A DNA stretch of 63,437 nucleotides, counting the filler. It is 11 parts of 11 records of this genome, joined end to end, with 100 filler letters (N's around TTAATTAATTAA, not from the genome) between each part and the next. Parts side by side here need not be neighbours in the genome. Positions count along the whole stretch, not along the records: positions 45,885 to 53,503 come from SRR11831585_433; positions 53,604 to 56,353 come from SRR11831585_449; positions 56,454 to 59,195 come from SRR11831585_451; positions 59,296 to 61,299 come from SRR11831585_465; positions 61,400 to 63,437 come from SRR11831585_471; 6 more parts are not named here. One strand, given 5' to 3'. Each line of letters begins with the position of its first letter. Positions within the stretch are counted from its first letter, which is position 1. Below, one piece after another: positions 52,917 to 63,437 of this stretch. The position numbers were made by a program, and so were the translations under genes. The notes beneath the pieces were generated by a model. That model had not been told where the DNA came from and made no database searches. It saw only the letters and a list, made by a program, of their open reading frames with translations.

Positions 52917-53462
52917 GTGAAAACATTAATTCTTTTCTCAACAAGGGACGGACAAACGCGCGAGATTGCCTCCTACCTGGCTTCGGAACTGAAAGAACTG
53001 GGGATCCAGGCGGATGTCGCCAATGTGCACCGCATTGAAGAACCACAGTGGGAAAACTATGACCGTGTGGTCATTGGTGCTTCTATTCGCTATGGTCACT
53101 ACCATTCAGCGTTCCAGGAATTTGTCAAAAAACATGCGACGCGGCTGAATTCGATGCCGAGCGCCTTTTACTCCGTGAATCTGGTGGCGCGCAAACCGGA
53201 GAAGCGTACTCCACAGACCAACAGCTACGCGCGCAAGTTTCTGATGAACTCGCAATGGCGTCCCGATCGCTGCGCGGTCATTGCCGGGGCGCTGCGTTAC
53301 CCACGTTATCGCTGGTACGACCGTTTTATGATCAAGCTGATTATGAAGATGTCAGGCGGTGAAACGGATACGCGCAAAGAAGTTGTCTATACCGATTGGG
53401 AGCAGGTGGCGAATTTCGCCCGAGAAATCGCCCATTTAACCGACAAACCGACGCTGAAATAA
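52917..53462 (+). CDS. hemG: Protoporphyrinogen IX dehydrogenase (menaquinone)
   Basis: Flavodoxin-like STRDGQT. Confidence 0.96.
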   Translation: MKTLILFSTRDGQTREIASYLASELKELGIQADVANVHRIEEPQWENYDRVVIGASIRYGHYHSAFQEFVKKHATRLNSMPSAFYSVNLVARKPEKRTPQTNSYARKFLMNSQWRPDRCAVIAGALRYPRYRWYDRFMIKLIMKMSGGETDTRKEVVYTDWEQVANFAREIAHLTDKPTLK

Positions 53463-53483
53463 GCATAAAGAATAAAAAATGCG

Positions 53484-53503
53484 CGGTCAGAAAATTATTT
53501 TAA
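53484..53503 (+). promoter_or_regulatory. rrnA P1 UP element; contig breaks at the rRNA operon repeat
   Basis: CGGTCAGAAAATTATTTTAA directly after hemG. Confidence 0.8.
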
Positions 53504-53603
53504 NNNNNNNNNNNNNNNNNNNNNNNNNNNNNNNNNNNNNNNNNNNNTTAATTAATTAANNNNNNNNNNNNNNNNNNNNNNNNNNNNNNNNNNNNNNNNN
53601 NNN

Positions 53604-56204
53604 TACAATACCCAACACGTACGTTATTCTCGGGACGATACACATGTTCACCAGCGCTATCGCCTGTGATGTTGTGAGTCGCTTGGCTCTGATGATGTGG
53701 CATATGTAGTCCACACTGGCTTTGAGTGCTTTGAAGGCGGGCTTCCACTCCAAAGCCGTCGTGAACAGAATGCCAAGATATCTCCATGATTCGTACGGGT
53801 GACGCACAGGTATCTCCTCCCCTCGTATTGTGATGTGGGGGTTGTATGTGTCCGTGCGTTGTCCTCTCCAATACGCAATGTGGCTTTTTGCGGGGTTGCA
53901 TGTCATTCCCACTGCGTCTAAATATTCCGTCATCCTATTCACTGTGTCTTGCAGTGCATCCTTACTCTCCTCGAATAGGGAGACATCATCAGCGTACGCA
54001 CATACCGACACCTTTGTTGCGTCTCCAAGATGGAAGCCTTTGCTGTGCTCTTCCAACATGCACAGCAGAGGGTCCATGAAGACCGCAAACAGGAGCGGAC
54101 TTAGTGCATCTCCCTGCATGATGCCGCGTTCCAAGGGGAAAGGATCGGTGAGACCATGACCCGTGCGTACCTGTATTGACGTCAGCTTGTGCATCGTCGT
54201 TATGAACTCGATTAGTGGTGCAGGGAATTGAAGGCGACGCATCGCAGCCTCAAGTGCCCAGTGCTCCACACTGTCAAATGCTTTGGTCAGGTCCATGCTC
54301 GCAAGGTACAGGTGTTCCTTTGCGGAGTGTGCGTGCTCAATTGCGTTGAGCATCGTAATGATATGTTTCTTCGTTCCTCCTCCGTGTAGGAAGGCCCCTT
54401 GACACGGGTTGAGGATCATTGACAGCGAGTCACGTAGTCGTGACGCAACGATCTTACTCATCACCCTTATCGCGAGAGGCAAAAGGGCGATCGGTCTCGT
54501 ATTCCGCAGCACTCTCGGGTCGGTTTGACCCTTACGCTGAGGACTCATCTCAACTGAAATCTCACCGATATGCGATGGATTTCGGAAACATTCCGTAATC
54601 ATCTCGCGCAGGCCCTCTCGGGCTTGCGTTCCGAGAGATTTGAGGTGCGCAGGGCTGAGCTGATCATGTCCGGGTGCCTTATCGAGTGCGAGGTCGCGCA
54701 GGACATCATCGAGCTCATCCACCGTCACCTCACCCAGCGCGCAGGACCACATGTCCGCACGTACGGGTTTGTGAGTAGGTATGTTTCTGATCATCACTTC
54801 TGCATGTTCATGCGCTCTCACTTTGCTAGACGATATGTCCGCAAAGTATCTTCTTACCGCGCACTTCACCTGATCAGGTGAAGTGATTACGCTGTCATTG
54901 TCCTTCACCATCATAATACTCACAGGAGTGTTCTGCTCAAATAGCTTGCGGATTTGAGGTTTGCGCCAGCCCCTATTCCGCTCATATTCTATGCATCGCT
55001 GTGTCCAGCGATCTCGTATCACCTCGCGACGATGCGCCCGTATGGTACGTATCTCGCGCTGTTCATATACTTTCAGTATGTTCTTGCTCAACATACTGTA
55101 ATGTCTCCAATATCTGACACTTGATGTTGTCAGAGGTGTCAATTTCTCGTCTCGCGCTGCAGCTTTGATGATGCAGCGTTGCAACTCACTTGAGGCGTAG
55201 AACACCTCGTTCTCTACATTCGCAGCCAGTTCTCTGTCTAAGACAGTGATCAGCTTGCGTATCAACTTTGACTTTGAGTGTAGGATCGCCGCCTCCTTCC
55301 CGTGAGTTGGGAATGACGAACGCACACCCAGTGTATTTCTTGCAATGCGAGCCAGATGCAGAGACCATTCACGCAGAGATTCGCATGCGGTCAGTTGCTC
55401 TGCGTCGCGAACGTATAACGCATCTTTATCGGTGCGTGCACTTGTTCTATGCGGCTGTTGTAAGTACGATCGTTTAACGGGTCGTACAGGTACAATGCCG
55501 TAATTATCTTGCAACACCGCGATGAGGGCGTCATGATCCGCCACACCGAGGTGCGTAGTACACTTCTCTATCCCATCCAGTAATGAACGAGATGCAAACA
55601 TGTAATCAATCCTCGAGTTGTGACCGTGGGTTAAACCTTTTGCTGTAGGATGTTTTGCGCGGAAAACATCTACAAGGTTGCACCCTGAGGCCCACAACTG
55701 AAGATATCTTCCTCGCGTAGTGTTGCTGATCGCGGTGTCATTCGTGTTGAAGTCACCCGCGATTAGAACACTAATGCTCTGATCATGCGCAGCCACAGTA
55801 ATGGTACGCAATTTCTTCAATATCCTCTTGTACAGAGGGTCCGTGGTGCTTCCTGCAGGTAAGTAGGTGCTTACCAGTTGCAGTTGCGTTACTTCTGTTC
55901 TTAGTATCACAGATATGATACGTCCTTCACAATGCTTCTCAACATTGTGCACAAAATGAGCCATGTTTGGATGTAGGGCTATTGCAGTCCCTGCGTGTCC
56001 ATTCATGTCATCTTGATGCACATGTATCTCATATCCCAGTGCGTAACGCACTGAGCGTATATCTCTCTCATTCCGGAGTTGATGGTCCTGCAGAAGCAGG
56101 ACCTCCGGCTGTTCTTTCTGTATTATCTCTTTGAGAAGGTGCAGGTGTAAGGGGTGTAAGAGGCTGTTTGTGTTTACATTAAAAATTTTCATGATTGTTG
56201 TCAT
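53604..56204 (-). CDS. LINE ORF2: APE endonuclease and reverse transcriptase (3' truncated)
   Basis: NVNTNSL, GDFN, RIDY, ADH; KAPGHD, RPIALL, DLTKAFD, QGDALSPLLF, YADD, YLG. Confidence 0.95.
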
Positions 56205-56213
56205 ACAGTGTGT

Positions 56214-56351
56214 CTACAAAAAACACGTAGCCTCTTCCCTCCTTAGCACCACCTTCATTTCTTCGACCGCCTTAGCGGTACGTTTCTTATCATCGTGGAG
56301 TTTCTCTTCCACGCTGTTCTTCCTGTGACCAGTGAGCCTTTCGGCTGCACT
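56214..56351 (-). CDS. Putative LINE ORF1 3' end
   Basis: 45 open codons of charged sequence (SAAERLTG...EEATCFL) ending in TAG, 9 nt before the ORF2 ATG. Confidence 0.55.
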   Translation of the reverse strand, partial: SAAERLTGHRKNSVEEKLHDDKKRTAKAVEEMKVVLRREEATCFL

Positions 56352-56470
56352 TGNNNNNNNNNNNNNNNNNNNNNNNNNNNNNNNNNNNNNNNNNNNNTTA
56401 ATTAATTAANNNNNNNNNNNNNNNNNNNNNNNNNNNNNNNNNNNNNNNNNNNNATTTGCTTGTCACATAC

Positions 56471-57594
56471 CCGGGACGCCTGATACACGGCGGCACACGC
56501 GTCCTCCCACAGTCCCTGCTGCAAGGACACCTCTGCCAGTCTGCGATACACAGTGTGGTCCAACAGCGGTGTGCGCTCGATCCCGTGCAGGACATACGCC
56601 GCTTGTGCAAGATCCGTAGCACGATCGGCGGCCGCGTGGAAGAACTGCACAGCGAGGGCACGGTCCCCGACAGCAAGCGATCCCTGTGACAAAGCGAGAG
56701 AGATGAAAGAGAGACAGAGACAGAGAGAGAGGGCAGGGGTGAGTAGAGAGACACATCGATTTGTGTGTCATATAGTGTACGTGGAAGGAGACCACAGACA
56801 CGCATGCAAGAGAAGAGATAGAGAGAAAGAATGCATGGGACGCGTAAGAACATATCGGCGCACCTCAAACACGCCTGCGTTCATGAGAATGATCGGGTCG
56901 GCATCGGGCATATTAGCAGCATCATGCATGAGTGCAAGGGCGTCCGTGGGTGCGTCCTTGTAGATGAGCGATGCCAGGCTGCGGAGGATGGTAGCGGAGG
57001 GCTTGTGCGCAAACGCACGCTGCAGCAGGGAGACGGCTACACACACACAAAAAAAAACACGACACATGTAAGCACGGGCGTGCACGAAAGGCTGACGATG
57101 AGAAACACACAAAAATGATCTCAAAGGAAGGAGAAAGCGAGACACAAGGATACGATGCTGCATGAAGATAGAACGTGGAACTCTTATACCTAAGGGCCTA
57201 TCACCGGCTGCAGTCGCCAAAGTCGCAGCAGCCTCCAAGGAGTCAAACGCAAGATCCACCATGGTAGATCGCTCAGCCCGCTCGGCAGCCCCCAGAAACA
57301 AGTTCAAAGACGACTGCGGGGTGTCTTCCAGTACGATGCGAGCCAGTTCAAACATAGCGTGCGGCATATCGGGGAACGTGTTGATTGCGGTTTGCAGCAG
57401 ATTCGCTGCTTCCTGAAGCTGACCTGATTCGGTCATTTGTTTTGCTTGCGCACTAAGAGCACCGGGTGATGAGGAGACTTGATTCGATGAAACAGTTGCA
57501 TATACATTGCAGCATGGTAATCTTCCACTGTTGCTTCCTGTGCCACGACGACGGACACAAGAAGAGCCGCAATGACGGCGATGGCCCTCATCAT
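56471..57594 (-). CDS. Secreted TPR-like helical repeat protein, 5' part; exons 57594-57506, 57452-57190, 57036-56864, 56683-56471
   Basis: Signal peptide MMRAIAVIAALLVSVVVA; GQLQEAANLLQTAINTFPDMPHAMFELA TPR pattern; phase-consistent introns. Confidence 0.75.
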
Positions 57595-57826
57595 GGCTGA
57601 AGATCCAAAGGAATCAATGAACTTCGCCGCTATTATTCGCTGGGACTGAAAACGAGGAAAGCAGGTTGGGTGACAGGCGAGCGGACAAACAATGCTGCCA
57701 GGGCGCAAACGAGTTTTCAAGTTCAAGTTTTCATGAATGCGCCATTAGTCCCGCTTCTTTTAACTTCCTCGTTCTAAGTCCGCTGCAGCGGCCGAATTAT
57801 GGCTAATTCGATGTAAACTGTGTTCT

Positions 57827-58543
57827 ATGCGAATGACACAAATCGAGTACAATTCTGGACCGCATGAATACCTCATTCGACGACTTCAGCCATCGGATGT
57901 AGAATCCCTCGCTCAAGCGTTTGCAGACTCTTTCTCGCGGGATCCCCTCTGTGCGTTCCTGCAGTTCGATCCGAGTTCGCATGCGTCCTACGCACGCGAT
58001 ACAGCTGCGGAGTGGCTCCAACACGGCCTCTCCTTTGTGGCCGTGGAACGCAACGCCCCTGATGCAGTGGTCGCGTTTCAAGTGTGCACCCTGCTCCCAC
58101 CCGCTCTCTCTAAGCCCCACGCCACACCGCCCACGCAGCAGGAACCTTCCTCGCGTTCACTGCGGTTTCTTTTGGAATGCTTGCACACACTGGACCGCGT
58201 AATGAGCATCCACGCACAAGTTCAAGGCGTTGACGCCGCTCAGGTCATGCTCATCGGATCGATCGGCTGCTTGCGTGCCCACGAGGGCCGTGGACTAGCA
58301 ACGCAGCTCAACACGATCTGTCTGCAGCATGCACACAGCGCAGGAATGCGGTTCGCGTATGCACAGACGGCATCGCTGGTGTCTCAGCGCGTGCTTGCGA
58401 AGGGCGGCCTGTGTGTGGTGTATGAGGTTGCAATGCGGGACTTGGTGTTTGATGGGGAGCGACCGTTTGTGCGGTGGGCGCAGGACGCACTCGAGACGGG
58501 GTCGCGGACGCTGCAGCTGATGGCGACGCGGTTGGATGTGTGA
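57827..58543 (+). CDS. GNAT N-acetyltransferase, arylalkylamine-NAT-like
   Basis: Intronless 238 aa; SF..DPL, GLSFVA, HEGRGLA acetyl-CoA loop, SQRV. Confidence 0.8.
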   Translation: MRMTQIEYNSGPHEYLIRRLQPSDVESLAQAFADSFSRDPLCAFLQFDPSSHASYARDTAAEWLQHGLSFVAVERNAPDAVVAFQVCTLLPPALSKPHATPPTQQEPSSRSLRFLLECLHTLDRVMSIHAQVQGVDAAQVMLIGSIGCLRAHEGRGLATQLNTICLQHAHSAGMRFAYAQTASLVSQRVLAKGGLCVVYEVAMRDLVFDGERPFVRWAQDALETGSRTLQLMATRLDV

Positions 58544-59331
58544 GAGGGTGCGTTCGTTGATACGGTGCATGTGCATTGCCGCGGCGTGTTAGCGTAGAGG
58601 CATTCTGTACACGTGCTGCTGTGTGATGTTCGGGTCTATCGGGTATGGCATATCGCACGAGTAAGCGCACCTTGAGTCACATATGCTGTTGAAGTCGCAT
58701 GATGCAGAAACCCCGAGGAAAATGACACCTTCTGCTCTGTATCAGCGGTAAGGTCTCTGCTCATTATTGGTGCCTGTTCTGATATGTGTGCAGAACAACC
58801 ACGTAGCACCCCTATTGTACAATGAGTTGTGGTTGTACGTGTGTGAAGGAATGGCCTTGAGCCAATATAATGAATTCACAATCAATTTGTTTATAGATTT
58901 TCCACTTGCGCAAACTTACAGCACCACCGTCTATATGTAATTCATCAAATATTCTTAATCCCTAAGCTCACGTAATACACATCATAGGTCACTGCACTAC
59001 CACACCCCACACACAACAACACACAACGCCAAAGACACACACACTCATAGATACCGAACGAATTTGAAAGAGAATTCGTAGTCACCAGCACACATACACA
59101 TGCCGTGGCTCAAACAGTCAACAGACAACGAAGTGAGCCACACGCACGCACACGCATACGGGCGCGGCACACACACACACATACACACACACACANNNNN
59201 NNNNNNNNNNNNNNNNNNNNNNNNNNNNNNNNNNNNNNNTTAATTAATTAANNNNNNNNNNNNNNNNNNNNNNNNNNNNNNNNNNNNNNNNNNNNTGCAC
59301 CACACACACCCCTCCCGAGTACCACGCGTAC

Positions 59332-61080
59332 CGCGGTCTGGGCTCGTCTGTGCAGGAACAGCACGGCATACGCAAACACGTATCGCAGAATGAATTGCGC
59401 CAGGAAGGGGTCCGCCATGAAGGACAAGACCGCACTGTCTACATCTGTAACGACAGAACACACAGATGTGAGCACACACACACACATACATTATTCACAG
59501 CCATACAGCACAAGAGACCGCCGGCATCGGATACCGTGATACTGAGTGGGTGCAAAACACACGACATACAACATCTCAGTAGACGGTACCTGGTTCAGCC
59601 GCCATGACACCGGCAATCGCCGACAAGACAGCCTGTGTCTGCTGGATCGCACGCTGAAGGACGGGGGCGGCCGGCGGTGCCAACAGACCCGCAGCCACAC
59701 AGAACGCAGCAAGGGGCGAGTGGAGGAAGCTTGTCAGCAGTCCTCCGTTGCGGGCATCTGAAAGCAAATGAGGGGGCATATTTGAGATAAATGCAGGTTA
59801 TTCATGATTTCGTGCACAGACGATGTGGGCGCGCACACCGACGAGAAACAGTCATAAACTGCAAATATAGCGGCACTTGCACCACGAACGCGTTATTGCG
59901 CATGCACAAGCAGCCAAACGTACCGGTGATGGGCTGCTTAGGAGAGAGCATCACCACAACCGGCTGGTTGAAACATCCGCGGACCGACTGCACACATACA
60001 CACAGAAACACACGCGTCATAACACACGCAAGTGCAAACCACAAGGCCCAACATCACGGCATCCAGTCTGTTACACGACACGCACTCACTAGAACAACAG
60101 AATGCGTGTACGCAGAACGCTGTAAGCAAAGCACGCGTGTACCAACGATACGAGGACGAACCTCGAAAGCAGAGGCGTTATCGGAGTCAACGACCAGGAA
60201 GAGGGGCCGTCGTGTGAAGGGCATGACATCGGTCGCGTATAAAACACATTGTGGAGTCGGGACAGAAGACTTGTGACGGAGATAGACACCTCCAGCGGAA
60301 AATATGCTGTTACTCTCGGGTGCGTCTACAATACGACACGACACACAGAAAGACGTAACAAAGGAAGTCAGCAAATGAAGAGAAAAATACATGGAAAAGG
60401 ATAGCGACGGAACCACACAGCCGGTGGAGAGGCACCTGTAGTCACAGGAGAATACCGGAACAGATAAACAGAACAGATAATCAGATGGGGACAGTTCCGC
60501 ACACATACACGTGGTGAACCAAACACAAAAAGCACACGCAACACTTGACACACCCTCACGCACCTGCAGGTACTGAGTATCCGTCTGCGGAGATATAGAG
60601 CATGGTGGCTCCATTCTCACCGCTCTCCTATACAGACACGTATAGATAGTTAAGTACAGAAACACACACACATACACACACGAGCAGTATCAAAACAGAA
60701 CCACGAACAAGAGCGAATTGGGAGTGTATACCTTGGTGCACGTAGCCATGCATATCATAAGCTGCTCCACGCTGGGTCGGTGCAGCACACACTTGTGCGG
60801 ATTCGCCGTGTTATCCTAAAACAGGATTATGTTAATCCCATTCCCAAATCACCGCGACTCTAGCGACCCTGCAAAGTATCTCGCGCATGCAACAAAAGAA
60901 TATCGCAATTCATATATGAGTCGAATTGTTGATAAACACTCGCTAATAAAATAAACGATAAGAGGAACGCACCTGCAGAAACAGCACGCGGTCCTGTGCG
61001 CTCTGATCACTGACAGCGACCTCGAACTCGAGGCTCTGAACCATGCGGTAGGCGTCGACCGACAACTCACTGAATTTGGT
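59332..61080 (-). CDS. SCAI: Protein SCAI homolog, internal part; exons 61080-60973, 60815-60732, 60627-60564, 60325-60162, 59987-59924, 59757-59590, 59444-59332
   Basis: Spliced KFSELSVDAYRMVQSLEFE, NPHKCVLHRPS, LYISADG, PFTRRPLFLVVDSDN, FNQPVVVMLSP, FLHSPLAAF, DPFLAQFILRYVF in SCAI order. Confidence 0.9.
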
Positions 61081-61399
61081 CTGAAGCGAAGACAACAGAT
61101 AAACAGTCAGAACAGAGTGATATGAATATAGCGGTGTAGTGCACCGAGACACATATCCAAACATTCTGAAGCATTACGGTGAGGCAGCGACAAATCAGCA
61201 GGCATGATAATATCTGAGGAAGAAGAAACAACGCACGAGATATAGTGAGAAGCACACACACACAAACATACGCACACACACAACACACACACACACACAN
61301 NNNNNNNNNNNNNNNNNNNNNNNNNNNNNNNNNNNNNNNNNNNTTAATTAATTAANNNNNNNNNNNNNNNNNNNNNNNNNNNNNNNNNNNNNNNNNNNN

Positions 61400-62560
61400 G
61401 CTAACCCAGATAACGTTAAGAATGAGCTAGCTCAATACGATGTTATTCCTGAAGAGTGGGGCGGTGAGAATATCTTCGTTCATATCTCTGCAAAACAGGG
61501 TACAAACATTGATTCACTACTTGAGTCTATCCTTTTACAAGCAGAAGTTCTTGAACTCACTGCAGTTAAAGATGGTATGGCTTCTGGTGTTGTCATCGAA
61601 TCACGCCTAGATAAAGGCCGTGGTCCAATTGCAACTGTTCTTGTACAGTCAGGTACTCTGAACAAAGGTGATATCGTACTTTGTGGTCAGGAATATGGCC
61701 GTGTTCGCGCAATGCGTGATGAAGTTGGTAACGAAGTTAACGAAGCTGGTCCTTCTATCCCGGTAGAAATTCTAGGTCTTTCTGGTGTTCCTGCGGCGGG
61801 TGACGAAGCGACAGTTGTACGTGATGAGCGTAAAGCGCGTGAAGTTGCAAACTATCGTCAAGGTAAGTTCCGTGAAGTGAAACTGGCTCGCCAGCAGAAA
61901 TCTAAACTAGAGAACATGTTCTCTAATATGACTGCGGGTGACGTTTCTGAACTGAACATCGTACTGAAAGCTGACGTACAAGGTTCTGTTGAAGCAATTT
62001 CTGATTCATTAGTGAAACTATCTACTGATGAAGTAAAAGTGAACATTGTAGGTTCAGGTGTTGGTGGTATTACAGAAACAGATGTAGTACTAGCAGCAGC
62101 TTCAAACGCTATCGTTGTTGGCTTTAACGTTCGTGCTGATGCATCAGCTCGTCGTGCAGTTGAAAACGAAAATATCGATCTACGTTACTACTCAATCATC
62201 TACCAATTGATTGATGAAGTTAAAGCGGCAATGAGCGGTATGCTTGCTCCAGAATTCAAGCAAGAAATCATTGGTCTTGCTGAAGTTCGTGACGTGTTTA
62301 AGTCACCGAAACTGGGTGCAATCGCTGGTTGTATGGTTACTGAAGGTACAATCAAGCGTAACAGCCCAATTCGTGTACTACGTGATAACGTGGTTATTTA
62401 CGAAGGTGAACTTGAATCGCTACGTCGCTTTAAAGACGACATGCAAGAAGTTAAGAACGGTTATGAGTGTGGTATCGGCGTTAAGAACTACAACGATGTT
62501 CGCGTAGGCGACCAAATTGAAGTATTCGAAACGGTTGAGATTCAACGTACCATCGATTAA
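61400..62560 (+). CDS. infB: Translation initiation factor IF-2, 3' part (Vibrionaceae-like)
   Basis: ISAK, LDKGRG, KADVQGS, ECGIG; AT-richer codon usage than the E. coli contigs. Confidence 0.97.
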   Translation, partial: ANPDNVKNELAQYDVIPEEWGGENIFVHISAKQGTNIDSLLESILLQAEVLELTAVKDGMASGVVIESRLDKGRGPIATVLVQSGTLNKGDIVLCGQEYGRVRAMRDEVGNEVNEAGPSIPVEILGLSGVPAAGDEATVVRDERKAREVANYRQGKFREVKLARQQKSKLENMFSNMTAGDVSELNIVLKADVQGSVEAISDSLVKLSTDEVKVNIVGSGVGGITETDVVLAAASNAIVVGFNVRADASARRAVENENIDLRYYSIIYQLIDEVKAAMSGMLAPEFKQEIIGLAEVRDVFKSPKLGAIAGCMVTEGTIKRNSPIRVLRDNVVIYEGELESLRRFKDDMQEVKNGYECGIGVKNYNDVRVGDQIEVFETVEIQRTID

Positions 62561-62652
62561 TTCGTTAAAATTGATGAGACCTAATGATTATTCGTTAGTC
62601 ATAATGGCTCATCAACTAGAACAAACGGCAATGTTCGGTTGTTGAATACGCC

Positions 62653-62692
62653 ATGGGGGAGTGGGATTACCATTCCCCCATTCTTTCTATTT
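62653..62692 (+). terminator. Hairpin/terminator between infB and rbfA
   Basis: ATGGGGGA...TCCCCCAT followed by T-rich tract. Confidence 0.55.
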
Positions 62693-62704
62693 AGTGAGAA
62701 AATT

Positions 62705-63100
62705 ATGCCAAAAGAATTTAGCCGTACTCAGCGTGTGGCTCAGCAACTACAAAAAGAACTAGCGATGATCCTTCAACGCGAAGTTCGTGATTCTCGATTG
62801 GGAATGGTGACCATTTCTGATGTAGAAGTTTCTCGTGACCTTGCTTACGCTAAAGTGTTCGTCACTTTCTTATGTGTAGGCGAGCAAACACCAGAATCAT
62901 GTTTAAAAGCATTACGTGAGCATGAAGCTCATATTCGTATGATGCTTGGTAAACGTATTCGCTTACGTCTAACACCTGAAATTCGTTTCCACTATGACAG
63001 TACCTTAGTAGAAGGTATGCGTATGTCGAACCTTGTTTCTGAAGTAGTCAGTACCGATAAGCGTAAGCAAAAAGATGCGGGTCGCGAGGACGAAGAGTAA
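62705..63100 (+). CDS. rbfA: Ribosome-binding factor A
   Basis: [29 protein letters not shown]. Confidence 0.96.
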   Translation: MPKEFSRTQRVAQQLQKELAMILQREVRDSRLGMVTISDVEVSRDLAYAKVFVTFLCVGEQTPESCLKALREHEAHIRMMLGKRIRLRLTPEIRFHYDSTLVEGMRMSNLVSEVVSTDKRKQKDAGREDEE

Positions 63101-63437
63101 TGGCTCGTCGTCGTAAAGGGCGTCCGATAAATGGTGTGGTGCTGATTGATAAACCAACCGGCATCTCATCAAATGATACCCTGCAAAAAGTTAAGCGCCT
63201 TTTCTTTGCAGAAAAGGCAGGACATACCGGTGCGCTAGATCCTCTAGCAACGGGTATGCTTCCGATCTGCTTGGGTGAAGCAACTAAGTTTTCTCAGTTT
63301 CTGCTCGATTCCGATAAACGTTATCGCGTGATCGCAAAATTGGGTGAGCGTACTGACACATCAGATTCAGATGGTGAAGTAGTTGAAACTCGTGAAGTGA
63401 ACGTAGACCGCGAAACTCTGATCCGTTGTATCGAAAA
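63100..63437 (+). CDS. truB: tRNA pseudouridine-55 synthase, 5' part
   Basis: TAATG overlap with rbf[20 protein letters not shown]. Confidence 0.96.
   Translation, partial: MARRRKGRPINGVVLIDKPTGISSNDTLQKVKRLFFAEKAGHTGALDPLATGMLPICLGEATKFSQFLLDSDKRYRVIAKLGERTDTSDSDGEVVETREVNVDRETLIRCIE

Larger units (their letters stand above)
53604..56353 (-). mobile_element. Non-LTR retrotransposon (LINE), internal fragment
   Basis: Intronless APE plus RT ORF preceded by the end of an upstream ORF. Confidence 0.93.

Noticed and set aside
53604-56204. Retron, DGR, group II intron or defence-associated RT
   Set aside because: The N-terminal APE domain and LINE-type RT motifs identify a non-LTR retrotransposon.
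58660-58800. Possible short introns (GTAAGC, GTAAGG...GTGCAG) downstream of the GNAT
   Set aside because: No credible ORF is produced; could be UTR introns but this is unsupported.

Overview
This window is not a contiguous locus. It is 11 unrelated contigs joined by identical 100-bp spacers (N44-TTAATTAATTAA-N44), and it mixes at least three organisms. (1) Three contigs look like E. coli K-12: 1-8809 (yebE to rsmF); 14000-40316 (ilvA-rep-rho, the wec/ECA cluster and argX-hisR-leuT); 45885-53503 (fadAB to hemG and the rrnA UP element). (2) One contig is Vibrionaceae-like: 61400-63437 (infB-rbfA-truB). (3) Seven contigs come from a microbial eukaryote. Six of them carry GT-AG introns and the seventh is a LINE. 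I spliced the eukaryotic genes by hand, and most are fragmented or invisible in the ORF track: an EF-hand protein, an S10 serine carboxypeptidase, the DNAJC8 C-terminus, a DOCK-family GEF, an Asp-nucleophile alpha/beta hydrolase, a CCG-domain Fe-S oxidoreductase (RFO/GlpC-like), a membrane histidine kinase, a secreted TPR protein, a GNAT and SCAI. The bacterial parts are ordinary apart from a gpp frameshift. The most interesting signals are the intron-containing, bacterial-type genes of the eukaryote (especially the RFO-like Fe-S oxidoreductase) and the in-frame ORF1-TAG-ORF2 junction of the LINE. Family assignments rest on motif recognition from memory, not database searches. Gene neighbourhoods across spacers carry no meaning.
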